DNA of 63,580 nt, filler included, from Conidiobolus incongruus B7586 (Eukaryota), in assembly GCA_000697335.1 (NCBI GenBank). It is 7 parts of 7 records of this genome, joined end to end, with 100 filler letters (N's around TTAATTAATTAA, not from the genome) between each part and the next. Parts side by side here need not be neighbours in the genome. Positions count along the whole stretch, not along the records: positions 17,733 to 31,728 come from JNEM01006996.1; positions 31,829 to 38,499 come from JNEM01007003.1; 5 more parts are not named here. The stretch is one strand, 5' to 3'. Each line of letters opens with the position of its first letter. The stretch's first letter is position 1. Both the position numbers and the translations under genes were made by a program. A model generated the notes under the pieces. That model was not told the DNA's origin and searched no databases. It was given only the letters and a program-made list of their open reading frames with translations. Shown here piece by piece: positions 25,368 to 38,049 of this stretch.

Positions 25368-27414
25368 TCATTGCTCGTCTTGGGGGATGGACGGGAGTGG
25401 TTTTGAGGTGTCAGTGTCTTCGAAATTCACTAATCCATCCGTAATCTCCTCGGTCTTGGGTGCTGCTTCCGGCGCTGGTGCTGGTTCAGATGCGGCGGAG
25501 CTTACGTCATCTTCGGTGAGTGGCTTGGGCTGACGAATCCTCCTGGTGCGAGGCTTGTCACTCTTGTGCTTTTCTGGGGGTGGGGGAGGCGCCAGCATAT
25601 TCCGCAAGTTGATCTCATCTTGCTCGCGGCGACGCCTGTCGACCTCCTCGGTACCACCTGTCTTTTTTAGCCTGCGACTACCAACGAACTCGGTCAACTC
25701 TTCTTCAAATTCGTTGGGCGTATTTTCCAACTCCCATTTGCGTGCACGTTCATTTTCCTCTGCTGCTTGAAGACGGCGCTCGTGGTCGATATCGATACAG
25801 TGGATTTCATGGAATACTGATTCGAGAGAGAAGTGGTCTTGGGGTGCAGCTTTATTGAAGCGCATCTTGAAGGAACCCTGCCTTGTCAACTCAGTAAGCT
25901 GCTGAAGTTGTGTAAAAAGTTCTGAAAAGCTCTTATGGTCCTCACAGAGGTCTTGAATAAAAGCATCATATTCCTTTAGGATCATTTGCTCCTTAACAAT
26001 ATTTTGAAGCTCTTCTTCCCAAGTCTTTTTCCAAGTGGGCTTAACAGTAGCAATGAATTCTTGTTCAATTAGAAGCTCGGATCTGAGAGCTTCAAGTTCC
26101 TTAGCAGCATGATTCATACGCTGGATACTTGGTTTACATTTACGTTTGACAAGATCCAGACGGAAGTTTTCAAGATCGTTTTGAAGTTCTTCCATGCGGT
26201 CGTTAAGTGTTACTTCTGATTGCTCCATTCGAGTCTTTCCAGCTAATATCAGCTTACGCACTGAGTTGGGCTCTTCAGCGAGTTGTTTATTCAAATTTGA
26301 GGTCATTAGAGTGAGATTTTCAATAATATCTTGAGCTTCCTTCTTGAAATCGTTGTGAGTTTGTCTCAAAGTTGTGAGCTCTCTCTTCAAACACTTAATC
26401 TCTTCGGCCATCGCTTCAGCTTCTTTTGAGTTGATGGCTTGATTAGAGATAACTTCATTTGACAAATTCGATGACTTCGACTCCTGACTCGAATTCTTTT
26501 TGAAAGCTTCTACAACTCTTGTAGTCAAACTATTTCTCTTTTGATTAATTACATCTAATTGATTCTTCTCCTTCATTAATTTTCTTAAATCGTGAATTTC
26601 CATAGTAAGTATTGAGAAACCAGAATCTAACTTGGAATAAATTTGATTATTTGTATCTATAAGTAATTAGAACATCAATTAAAAGAATATTGGGAAATAA
26701 TGTTAAAATCAATATTTACGTTCTAATTGTAACTTGAGTATTGACCCCTCAATAACTTCACTAAAATCTTCTAGCTCATAAAATACATTGAGTACTGGGT
26801 CCTTAATATAGATTTCGGGTAGTTGAGGAATATTGGCAAGATGGGGGAAAGTCTGACAAAATAGTTGTGTTAAAGCACTTTTACTGCACTCACCCTTGTA
26901 AGACACCTTTCTACACTCCGTTTCGGTCGATAGAAATAGACGCTTGAAGTTGACTAACACACCTAAAATTGTTCGTTCAATTTTATCATCTATGAAAATA
27001 AAAAAATAATCAATTACCATTGGATTTAAAACTTCCATCTGAATGATTGGAATACATGCTTTCGGGCTCCTCCGACAATGTTTTAAATTGTAAAGTTTCA
27101 CCACTTTGAGGCACTGGGTCGCTGACTGTAGTTTTCAAATCTTGAGAATTAAACAATTGACTCTGACGCACTGCTTTCTTATCCGTGGCTAAACCCATTT
27201 TGAGACGGGTAGTACTGGCTCGCCTCAATGAGAATCTTGGACTCATAGGGTCATTAGGATTCAAAACGCCAGTCTCGGAGAATGCATTACTCCCACCTGA
27301 TGAAGTCCTAGTCAGTGGAGGTCTATTGAAAGCCTTGGTCAAATCCATCTCCGTTGAAGTTTTTAAATGTGAGAGATCTTGATAATCTATAGGTTGACTA
27401 TTTATATTTTCCAT
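25368..27414 (-). CDS. BUD6: Bud6/Aip3 actin-interacting polarisome protein. Exons about 27414-27018, 26989-26720, 26656-25368
   Basis: AIP3-domain motifs PEIYIKDPVLNVFYELEDFSEVIEGSILKL, KPTWKKTWEEELQNIVKEQ, DHERRLQA, FEEELTEFV and LKKTGGTEEVDRRR. Intron 2 (63 nt) has GTAAAT...CTAAT...TAG. The intron 1 donor is uncertain. Confidence 0.9.
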
Positions 27415-27462
27415 GTTTTCAATTTTTTATTAATATTATTTATAAATATATACGTATATATC

Positions 27463-27463
27463 T

Positions 27464-27488
<25 letters not shown>
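27463..27488. repeat. (TA)n microsatellite in the BUD6 promoter
   Basis: Direct reading. Confidence 0.85.
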
Positions 27489-27494
<6 letters not shown>

Positions 27495-27693
27495 TTAAAA
27501 ATTATTATTGAATATTAATAAGGATAAAAATGAATTATTGAAACGTGGGAGAAATTTAATGAATTTAAAGTTAATGAATTGTTAAATTTAATTATGGTTA
27601 AAAATTCGTAATTTGACTGTTAAATTCATTTTCTAAGGTTCATTTTAGTGATTTTTATGAATGAATTTTATTAAATTGAATAGTGTTGTTTAT

Positions 27694-28287
27694 TTAATTT
27701 GTATCATTAGTTATTCTCTTTGATGGTAATATTAAAAGTTCTTCGTAATTAATATGAGATTTTGCAGGAATACTTGGAGGAACAGATAAAGGAAAACATT
27801 GTTTGTCAAAGATCTGAGTTTTCGATGAATTATTCTGAATAGGCGGTATAGGTAGGGACTGTGTATTAATAGGGACATGTGGAGAGTCAGAATTTCTAGA
27901 ATTTTTGACGTTTTTGGCCTTTCTGTTGTATTTTTTAACCCACCTGCCATTTTTCAATATATAACCAAGTAGTTGAAGATGCCTTCCAACACTTGATCTA
28001 GTGGAGCCAAGTAACTTGGCAATTTCAATTTGCGATAGATCATTTTTTTTATCTAGTAAATCTATAAGAGCTTGACCATCAAATTCAACAGCTCTTCCAA
28101 CACGCGGTTTATCTTTAATCTTAAAATCACCACTCTCAAATTGTTTAAAAAATCTGGAACAAGTAGCTTGACTCACACTTTTTGTACCATAAGTTTCTTG
28201 AATTCTTTGAAAGGCGCCTTCCACCTGAGCTCCTCTACGATATTCATATAAAATGACATGTCTTATATGCTCTTTTGTAACATCCAT
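27694..28287 (-). CDS. Mariner/Mos1-type paired HTH DNA-binding protein without a DDE domain (putative domesticated transposase)
   Basis: KEHIRHVILYEYRRG...IQETYG...SQATCSRFFKQFESGDFKIKDKPRVGR...LSQIEIAKLLG...VGRHLQLLGYILKNGRWV follows the Mos1/SETMAR N-terminal domain up to the WVPHEL position. It is followed by a basic stretch and a Pro/Ser/Asn-rich tail. Intact ORF. Confidence 0.85.
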   Translation of the reverse strand: MDVTKEHIRHVILYEYRRGAQVEGAFQRIQETYGTKSVSQATCSRFFKQFESGDFKIKDKPRVGRAVEFDGQALIDLLDKKNDLSQIEIAKLLGSTRSSVGRHLQLLGYILKNGRWVKKYNRKAKNVKNSRNSDSPHVPINTQSLPIPPIQNNSSKTQIFDKQCFPLSVPPSIPAKSHINYEELLILPSKRITNDTN

Positions 28288-28970
28288 TATTTCTTTAATA
28301 TGTTAGTTAAATTATTTTTAAATTTGCAAATTATCATTAAGTCAATTAATTTGAATAAGAATTATGATATTTATGGGAGCTCATTATATTTTAGCCTTAT
28401 TGGATATATAAAGACTTAAAACTAATGTTTTATAGCTTTTAATTGGCTGTATTCTTTAAACAATCTGAAATTCAATATAGGCTGATTTCAGATAGATTTT
28501 TCAACAAGTCTCATTCAATTAAATTTATCAGAATTGAAATTTTTTGTATATTTATTTGATGAATTAAATTATAGGTTTAAAAGATTTCAACAAGGCATTT
28601 TTATCCAATCTATACAAAATATTTCAATTAACTAATATTAGATAATATTTATCTATATCAATTATAATTTTTGAACTGAAGACATCAATAAGTTGACCAA
28701 TCAAACTGAAAACAAAGTCCCTAATCCCATAATTGAGGGTTTCAACATATGATTTACCCATTGATAGCTGATTAAATATCAAATCAAATATTTGATCATT
28801 AAGAGATATTAACTCTTAAATTAATAAAAAAATATAAATAGTACAAAGCATTAATCATCAAAAAAATATTATAATCAAATTTCAATATTTAAATAATATT
28901 CAAAATTCAATTCACAAAGCGTTTATTTAACATCAACAGACATTTATTATCAAATCAATTAAAGTTCAAA

Positions 28971-30226
28971 ATGTCAGGTAAATTAAATTTTGGGAATATT
29001 TGATGACTGTTTGTATTGACAAGCTTAAATAAGATTACTCAAAAGAAAGACAAGTTGCCATTGATGCAGTATTAAAGGCTTCTAAACTTTGTGACCAGGT
29101 GTTTCGTACATTGGTTCAAGCTAATGATGCTATCACTAAAAAGGATAAGAGTCCAGTCACACGTAAGTATAATGTTCTCAGCTTATAGTGTTATTGGCCT
29201 TTTATACCATTTTAAAATATTATATCAAAAGTTTAACTTATATTTATTTATATATAGTTGCTGATTTTGGTGCCCAAGCCATCGTTAATTGGATAATAAA
29301 AAATAATTTCCCCGAAGATTCTATTGTTGGTGAAGAGGAATCATCATTCCTTAGGAGTGAAGAGGGTCAAAGCTTGAGTGAAAGAATTGTTCAACTTGTC
29401 AACGAAGTTGCTGATCAGCCAGTCACGAGGGAACAAGTAATCTTTTTTGTTGAATTTTAATATCAATATTAATCCAATATTTTAGATTTTGGATGCAATT
29501 GATTTGGGTAACTATGAAGGTGGCTCTACCGGCAGATTCTGGACATTGGACCCTGTTGACGGTACTAAGGGATTCTTGAGAGGTGGCCAATATGCTGTCT
29601 GTCTTGCTCTCATTGTTGACGGAGAAGTGCAACTCGGCGTCATGGGAGGTCCCAATCTGCCTGTTGACTTTTCCGATTCAGCTTCTGCCAAAGGCACATT
29701 ATTTATTGCCCAAAAGGGACAAGGAGCCTATCAAGTAACCTCACCATATCACACCTAAACTCACATTGATCCCAATTTTATTTAGCGTTCATTCCAAGAT
29801 CCTTCAGAAAAGCCCATCCAAATGCGACTCATCTCCGATCTCACCCAGGCCAAATTCTGCGAAAGTGTTGAAGCTGGCCATTCTTCTCACGACGACTCAC
29901 AAAAGATTGCTCAAGAACTCGGTCTCAAGGCCGAATCCGTCAAGATGGATAGTCAGTGCAAATATGCTTCAATTTCCAGAGGTGATGGCGATATCTATCT
30001 CCGCCTCCCAGTATCTGCCTCATATGAAGAGAAGATTTGGGATCATGCTTCAGGCGTCCTCCTAGTCGGCGAAGCTGGTGGCAAGGTTACAGACGTCTAT
30101 GGCAAGAAGATTGACTTCTCCCAAGGCCGTACTCTCAAGTTAAATAAGGGTATTGTTGCATCCCATGCCTCTCACCACGCCACCGTCCTCCAAGCCGTTC
30201 AAAAAGTGTTGAATATCCAAAATTAA
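28971..30226 (+). CDS. MET22: 3'(2'),5'-bisphosphate nucleotidase (Met22/Hal2). Exons 28971-28977, 29034-29162, 29258-29436, 29486-29734, 29786-30226
   Basis: The spliced product has KKDKSPVTLADFGAQA, IVGEE, FWTLDPVDGTKGFLRGGQYAVCLAL, MDSQCKY and YEEKIWDHASG. Four in-frame GT-AG introns. Confidence 0.95.
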
Positions 30227-30798
30227 TCCTCTTAAAGCAGCATATTTTCTCACACTTATATATAACAGTTTTGGTCTAATTTTAAATATTTTTTATTAGA
30301 GCAATTTACTGTTTTTAATAAACCAATCTTTTAATATTCTATTCTTTTTTAACTTTTGGAAATCATATCATTCGAATCTTGGTAATTTTCTTTAATGATT
30401 ATTTTATTTGATAAAATAAGTTTATTTTTATCATTATGAATGACCACATATTTAATTGTCAATTATTATATATTTTTCTACTAAATACCATATTTGTGAA
30501 ATTCAAATCGACTATGTAATTTTCATTTAATTGATTTATTGAATTTTGATGAATAAACCTATTTATTCAATCTAGAATTTTTATTGTTTTATTCAACAAT
30601 CCAAAAATCATTGATTATTATATTTTATGATGCTTAACATATGCTGGTTGATAGTTCCAAGCTATCTCAATATAATTGATTCAGAGAGTTTATTATATTT
30701 ACAGTTTGTATTATATTTGATGTTGTAATTTCAGTTTTCTTGAAATTTGTTATAGTTGATTAAGTTAAAATTAAATAAAATTTTGTCATAGCTGTGAT

Positions 30799-30909
30799 TA
30801 TAGCTTGAATTTGAAATAATGGGAATTTTTTAATTTTTAATTTTTAAAACTTATCATTAGTTTTAAATAAACAAAATTATACAAAATAAATAGGAAATTA
30901 TACAATTTT

Positions 30910-30915
<6 letters not shown>
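30799..30915 (+). mobile_element. 5' end (TIR and UTR) of a mariner copy
   Basis: TA|tagcttgaatttgaaataatgggaatt resembles the TIR TA|ttactctgcatttttaataatgggaatt at 61611. The next 80 nt align with window positions 1-75. Confidence 0.65.
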
Positions 30916-30942
<27 letters not shown>

Positions 30943-30946
<4 letters not shown>

Positions 30947-31187
30947 AGATTTTCAGTGTGATCAGAGTTTATAATTTAAAACAGTAAAATAAAGATAAAT
31001 CTATGTTTTTATTTCTATTCTTAATCCAACAATAGTCCCTTATATCTTTTTTCAAGTACCCTTATTTCCTTTGTTAAATCTCCTCAATAAAAGTGTCATC
31101 AAGTTATGACAAATAATACTTAGTAATTGTGGGATAAGTTGAAATTGTTTGATTAGATGGTAATAATATAAGTGGTTGGTAATATTA

Positions 31188-31190
<3 letters not shown>
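30943..31190. mobile_element. Probable solo LTR (248 bp) within a (TA)n tract
   Basis: Starts TGTTAG and ends TTACCA (TG...CA), flanked directly on both sides by (TA)n. Confidence 0.55.
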
Positions 31191-31225
<35 letters not shown>

Positions 31226-31226
<1 letters not shown>

Positions 31227-31728
31227 TAGCTTACAAAAGTAAGTTATAAAATTAAAATTACTTATATATTTACTTATATCTTAAACAATTCTTAATTAAA
31301 TGAATTTAAATTAAAATATATAATTTACTTATATTAGTTGATTATATTTAATTATATTTGATTTTATTTTATTAACTATTGGTTAATATATTAAAACCTA
31401 AAATTTAACCAAGGTAAGTTATAAATTTGTAAGTTTATAAGTTAAACAGATATAAATAACAAAACTTATATATATCTTTTTTTCTTTTGTTTTATTATAT
31501 ATTATAAAACTATTAAGTTAATATCTTAAAATTAATATTATAATGCTTAAATCTCTTTTTAAAATAATTCACTTATATATCAATTAACTTCATAATAAAG
31601 ATAAATCAACTTGTGAGATTATTAAAATTATTAGTATTAGTTAATTTATTATAGTTAAGGTTATTAAAAATAATATTAAAAAAACACTTAAACTAAAACT
31701 TAAGTATATTAAAATTATAAATAAATAT
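31226..31728 (+). mobile_element. Eroded Tc1/IS630-like transposon 5' portion (cut by gap)
   Basis: Begins at TA|CTAGCTTACAAAAGTAAGTTATA. From ATG31543 it reads MLKSLFKIIHLYIN*LHNKDKSTCEIIKIISIS*FIIVKVIKN, a Tc1-type HTH start. Homologous stretches occur at about 1310-1520 (+) and 55790-56050 (-). Confidence 0.65.
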
Positions 31729-33775
31729 NNNNNNNNNNNNNNNNNNNNNNNNNNNNNNNNNNNNNNNNNNNNTTAATTAATTAANNNNNNNNNNNNNNNN
31801 NNNNNNNNNNNNNNNNNNNNNNNNNNNNAAGATATTATATAATAATAGGTCAGTTTAAATAATTATAGAATTTTAAATAAGTATTTTAAAATTGACTAAA
31901 TAATATTTGCTTTTAACTATTTAAATAATATGCTTAATATATTTTTTTGCTCCTATCAAAAACAGATATTTATTTAATACATATATTTAAAAATATATTA
32001 ATATTTAATTAATAAACTTGAGTTCTAATTTGTTAAAATAAAAAAATAAAACTGTTCAAATAGTTTAATTAGTAATTTTAATAAAGAAATCGTTATTTAA
32101 ATATATCTAATTATAACGAAATAATATTAGTTTTATATATTTAACATATATAATATCCAACCGATTATCAATTTTTTATTGATCAAATTTTGAATTAATA
32201 TCAGAAAAATAAATTTTATAGTTTGTATTAAATAATTTTAAATTGTTAATTTATTTAATATATTTGAAAAATAGTCTTGTTATGTCTTACCTGGAAAATA
32301 ATATTGATTATAAATTGGATATATTATTTAAATTATTATGTATATCGTATATAATTATGATCCATTATAATATTCCTATCTAATTATATATTTTTATATT
32401 TTATACCAATATACTTATAATATATCTTTCATCATTTTTTCATAAAATTTATCAATCCTTATCCCAATATAAGGGTTAACTTTCTATTCACAAGAATAAT
32501 ATTAAAGTTATTATAATTAATATATAATATAGTTCTTTTTAAATTATATTTTACTTTTATAAGTTATCAATATTCAAACTTAATTTAATATATTTATCCT
32601 AATTTCCAGTATTAGGATAATATATACATAATGGTAAGATATATTTATAATAATAACAAATGGACCTAATAATAATATTACTGTTAAGTCTACCAATGAA
32701 AGTCATAAACTATATTATTATATTCTATAAATATTATATTTTGCTATTAAATTAAACCAATCTTAAATATTATTTTGGAATTTTTAAATATTTGAAATCT
32801 ATAAACTTATAAAAGAGAATAAAATTAAACTTTAGTTAAATTATTATCATTATATAAAAATATCAGGATATTGATATAGAAAGTTCAAAAATGATCTCTT
32901 AGTAACTTTCAAATACAAAGTAGTATTTTTTTCAATATCAGGATATAATATAATTATTAATATGTTTCAACTTGAATTAAAATTTATAATAAAAACCTGA
33001 GATTTTAGATAAATTAAACAATTCACAAATTAGAATTAAATCTGAAATTTTATTTAGCAAAAGTTGAATTTGAAAAAAAACAAGATTATATTTATAAAAA
33101 TTTAAGAATATTATTTTTATATATTATTGGATTTTTCAAAATTGAAAATGTTATATTAAATTATTTTAATTAAATATTATAAAATTCATATATATTAATT
33201 TCACATACTTTAAACTATAAAAATTTGAAATAATATCAATATTTTATAGTAAATAATCTATGATATTAGTATTCAATCTTATATCAATGATTATATTATA
33301 AAATTAAAATATTCAAATTATAACATTTTATAATAATGTTGTTGATAAAGAGCGATTTAACAATTCAGTTGAAAGGAATAATAGTGTAAACCTTTATGGA
33401 TTAAATTTTGATAATTTCATTATATAACTATATAATTATTTATAATTAATTAAAGTGATATTAGATAATATACCAATACAACTATATAGCTTATTATGAA
33501 AAAATTAAATAAATCTATTAATATTCTAAGTCAAACATTTCAATAAAATTAATGATTAAAGAAAATTACTCATTTGAAATTTAGTATATAGTGCCAAGTA
33601 TAATCAATTCTTTTATTAATATTTAGGATATATGATAAAAAGTTAAAAATATAGAATATAGAGAGTATGATAGAATGTTAATAAAACAGGCATATTGTAT
33701 GGTGATAAGATTTAAAATATATATTTAATTTAAACCAAGTCAAGCAAAGAATTAAAAGTCAAAAATTTAGTTGGT

Positions 33776-35089
33776 TCAAAGGATTTTGCGCATTTTTATA
33801 GATTTGGGATAGTAATCAATATCCCATCTGCCTTGAGCTTCTTCCAAATTCTTCTTAACAGTATCCCAATTAATGAAATCAAAGTCACGAAAATCGAATG
33901 TGATGTTCTGCAATCTGGTGCATTTGCGAAAACGTTCTAATTCAATTCTAGAGGGATCAAAGTTTTCAAATCGGATATTCTTGATATGTGGAAAACGAAG
34001 GTTCTTTCTGATAAATTTTGCAAACTTACCCTTGTAAATAAAAGTCACACTGTCCAATTGCTTGAGAATACGGATAACTTCAAATAAAATCTTAGTACGA
34101 CTATTCTTAAAATCGGCAGTCAAGTGAGTGACATTGGGACAGTGTTTGGCAAGCAATTTCACAAAATGTTGATCTTTAAGGAAAGTGTCTTTGAAACCCA
34201 AGTGTCTAATAGATTCAATATTTTGAAATGAAGCAATTTCTAAAGGAAGAGCAGTGTCGGAATCGGACAAGACGAAAGATCTCAATTGTGTCATCTTGGT
34301 TAGAATTCGAAGTGTTCCATTACCAATTATGCGACCATGGGTTTCACAGTGTTCAAGTAATTGATTGCCATTAAGAAATGAAATGAGTAATTCAAATTGG
34401 TTTGGATCTCTGTTATTCAAAATTAGACTTTTGAGTGCAGGAATTCTGAAGTTAGGCATCTCTAAAATTGGTTTGAGGTCAAGAAAGTAAGTTTGAGGTT
34501 GGAAGTGTGGAATGGGGTGGTTTTGGAGTTCTTGTGGAAGTAAATTGTAGTTAACCCAGTGGCAGTTGATCAAAGTTAGTTTCTTCAAGCAAGGGGGGAA
34601 TTCCATTTTACTCTCAGTATTAGAGTTGCTGATTGAATGGATAATGTTAACATCTATCAATTCAAGCTCTTCGAGGCATTGAGGAGTTTGAATTATTCGA
34701 ATGAGTTCAGTGAGATGAACGTTCAATTTAGAGAATCTAATAAATTTCAAGTTCTTCAGCTGTTGAATAACTGGTAAGGTAACGTCATACATAATTTTCT
34801 TGAAGAAAATTTTCTTTATATTATTTTTGTGAGGTTGTAAAAACTCGGTAAGTTTTGTGAGTTGAGCATCTTGTACGTTTCTTGACAAGGTATCTTCTTC
34901 GCTCACCTTGTTGTACTGATTTGACATAAAGGCGTGTAAATTGAATTGATTGAATGTTAAGGATTGTAATTTTGATGAGAGAAACCTGCTTGCCTTGCGT
35001 ATTTTAAAGGTTTCTGAGCGCTTCAAGAACTTATGAAGTTCTTTAAGACCAAGTACATGTTCGGCTTTCTTCACGGAAGTTAGAGTCAT
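33776..35089 (-). CDS. F-box-like/RNI-type leucine-rich-repeat protein (ORF open to 35122; first ATG at MTLTSV)
   Basis: N-terminal degenerate F-box-like segment (VLGLKELHKFL...IRKASRFLSSKL). LxxLxL repeats: LEELELID, PPCLKKLTLINC, LKSLIL, CPNVTHL, CTRLQNITF. Confidence 0.7.
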   Translation of the reverse strand: MTLTSVKKAEHVLGLKELHKFLKRSETFKIRKASRFLSSKLQSLTFNQFNLHAFMSNQYNKVSEEDTLSRNVQDAQLTKLTEFLQPHKNNIKKIFFKKIMYDVTLPVIQQLKNLKFIRFSKLNVHLTELIRIIQTPQCLEELELIDVNIIHSISNSNTESKMEFPPCLKKLTLINCHWVNYNLLPQELQNHPIPHFQPQTYFLDLKPILEMPNFRIPALKSLILNNRDPNQFELLISFLNGNQLLEHCETHGRIIGNGTLRILTKMTQLRSFVLSDSDTALPLEIASFQNIESIRHLGFKDTFLKDQHFVKLLAKHCPNVTHLTADFKNSRTKILFEVIRILKQLDSVTFIYKGKFAKFIRKNLRFPHIKNIRFENFDPSRIELERFRKCTRLQNITFDFRDFDFINWDTVKKNLEEAQGRWDIDYYPKSIKMRKIL

Positions 35090-37299
35090 TTCTTGCAATT
35101 GAAAGAATGAGAATAATCTCAAACCGAAAAACCACGTCCTTTACATTTATTTACAGTGAATATATGGAAATTTAGTGACTGTAAGAAAAAATTCAACCAA
35201 TAAGATTCTGAAAATTTTAAAACAGGATGCTAGCAATTGGGGTACATTTAGTTAATGCAAGATAATAGGAAAGATGATAATAATTGGTTAAATAAATGAG
35301 ATGAATTAATCTTTCATAATCTTTATATAGCATGTACCCTGAAATGATATTACTAAAGAATACAAAGTTAGGGATAAAACTAGATAATAGATAGTCGATT
35401 AAGAATTTGACTGGTGAATTTGATAATTTCTCTGATTTTTATCATATAATTGGATAACTGTTTAATCTTGATATGACAACTATTACAAAATTTATCAGTT
35501 ATCAAAATGTTCAGGTTAATATAAATTCATTAAAATTGATTAAAATAAAATAGTCGTTTCAAAATTTAATCAAATCATGCATGATGTTCAAATAAAAAAG
35601 GCCATATTATTTATGATAATATTTAATAACAGGTATAATTTTCCCACTAAATCTTTAATAATATCAAATTTTTTGACCCTAAAATTAGTATTCAATTGAC
35701 AATTATTTATGATTTGATATAAAAGTCATTGGCAACAACATTGTACAATTTGATTTGATTAAAATATAATTTTAATCTTTATAAATTATACAAATTGATA
35801 TTATCCCATTAAAATTCCTGTGAATTGGTTTTGATTGGATAAGTTGAGGGTAAACTAATATATTATTTTACCTAGAACAAATTATATCATATTTATAGTA
35901 TTAGTATTTGAAAAGCTACAGTGAAATATACTAATAATTAAAATATATGATATAATATAATAATATTCCAATATGATTTGGTCCATCAAATTCTATTAAT
36001 AAAAAGTAACAATTCCACAAACCCAGATTAAATTGTTAAATTCAATATTAATTTTTCGTGTTTATCAAAGCATTGTGCCAGTCAACATACCTGCAAAAGA
36101 TGCTATTTTACCTTAAAATACATACTACTCCAACATTAAGGATATATTTCTATATTCAGCTAGTTTACAAACGATATATATGATATATATAGAATATATT
36201 TTATAATATTTTTAATTTTTTAAGATCCCTCAACCATAGTAAATGGAGCATTAATTTTTTAAAATAACTTATTGATGAAATTTGAAACTTTGTAACTGAT
36301 GCATTTTTTTTCAATATGATTAGTTATAGAAATTTAATTAATCAACTTTCCCAAATTAGGATAATTTGATAAAGTAATGAGTTGTTATTGACTAAGTTAA
36401 TGAGTATTAAAGAGTTTAAATGGAATAATTTTTGTAATTTTTCAGTTCGATTCATCCTAAAAATTTTATTTAATGATCAATACACTAGAATCTATAGCTA
36501 CGGTTCTGAAAGAGTTATACTATATGTAATAGTAAATGATCACTTTTATAACAATATTTATGATTTTTAGATTTGATCTTGAATATATATATTTGATTAT
36601 TTAAATTCCAATCTCTAATATAAAAAATTCAAATATTTTCAAGTTTAATGATATTAAGTTAATTTTTGCATAGATTAAGATTAGGTTCTTTAGTTGAGGT
36701 TCAATAAAATATAAAGTGATTTTATACTAAATGGAATACATCTGATTTTAAAAATTGAAAAACTAATCAAATTATTTATCATTGACCTCCTTCCACAATT
36801 CATCAAATCAAAAGTCTTAGAAAATTACTTTGTTAGACTTAAAATGACAAAGTTTGGTATATAAACAGTGACATTCCTAATAATTATTAATCATTTAATT
36901 AAAATCCAAATGAAGGTTATTTATTACTTTTACTCGCGATTCCTACTTTTGATATAGTTTAAACTGCCTTGATATTCATTTACTATTCCTCTCAATTTTT
37001 AAGATTGAAGTTTATTCATAATTCCCTAAGATCATTACATATATTAATCACAGTGGTATATTTAGATATATTTTCAAGCCTCCAATATTTTGAATGGGAT
37101 AACTGATAGTAAAATATATTTTGTTTGATTAAAGAATATAATTAATATATTATTAGTTTATAAATGATATATCACATTCTTATAAAATGGTTATCAATCA
37201 ATGATTTTTTATATTGATATCTAGGATCGACTTGAATTAATATTGTGTTAATTTGTTGGATTTTTAAATAACGTCAATATTTAAATATAATTAAATATT

Positions 37300-37860
37300 T
37301 TGCTCTGGAAATAACACAATAATCATTTTTAAACTCCAGGATTTATAACATATTATCAATAATTTAAATTAGGTTTTATACAAAATAAATAGGAATATTT
37401 TTGATTTTAAATTATATAAAAATATATTTGTCAAATTTGATTTATATCAAGAGATTTTTTTTCAAAATATAATTATTTTTAAATTAAATCATAATCTCTT
37501 GAAAGACTTTAATTTTCATAATACTATATCTCTCCCACAAACCCTCTAAAATGTTTTATAATTTTCATATAAGTTATTAAGATATTATAATATTTCACAA
37601 TAAAATTCATCATTAAATTGATTATTTTTATTATAAAAATCAATTTATACAAAATTATTCAGAAATTTCTAATATTTTAAAATAATAATTTTAAAACTAG
37701 TAAATATACTTTTTGATTTATAAAATATAAAAATGAATCAATACTATATAATTGATATTCTATTTTATTATCTATAACTTTTTGGTTTATTTTTAATAAA
37801 CTTATAACATTTCAAAACTGTTCTATTTACTATAGACTGAAATTTAAAATTTTTTAAATT
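37300..37860 (+). mobile_element. Possible heavily eroded mariner 5' portion
   Basis: 'tatacaaaataaataggaata' (about 37377) matches the 5' UTR at 30878, and 'aaaccctctaaaat' (about 37539) matches 227-240. Confidence 0.4.
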
Positions 37861-38049
37861 AATTAAATTTATTTATAAGAATTTTCTTTTTTATTAACGT
37901 GCTTTATTTGAATAATTTAATTAAAACTATATAATTAAAATATATTGAAGAATTAAATATAGAATAACTTTTAATGTTTTAAAATATAATCTTTTATATT
38001 TTAGCTTTATATAATTCATAATTATTATTGAATTTTATATATATCCTTA

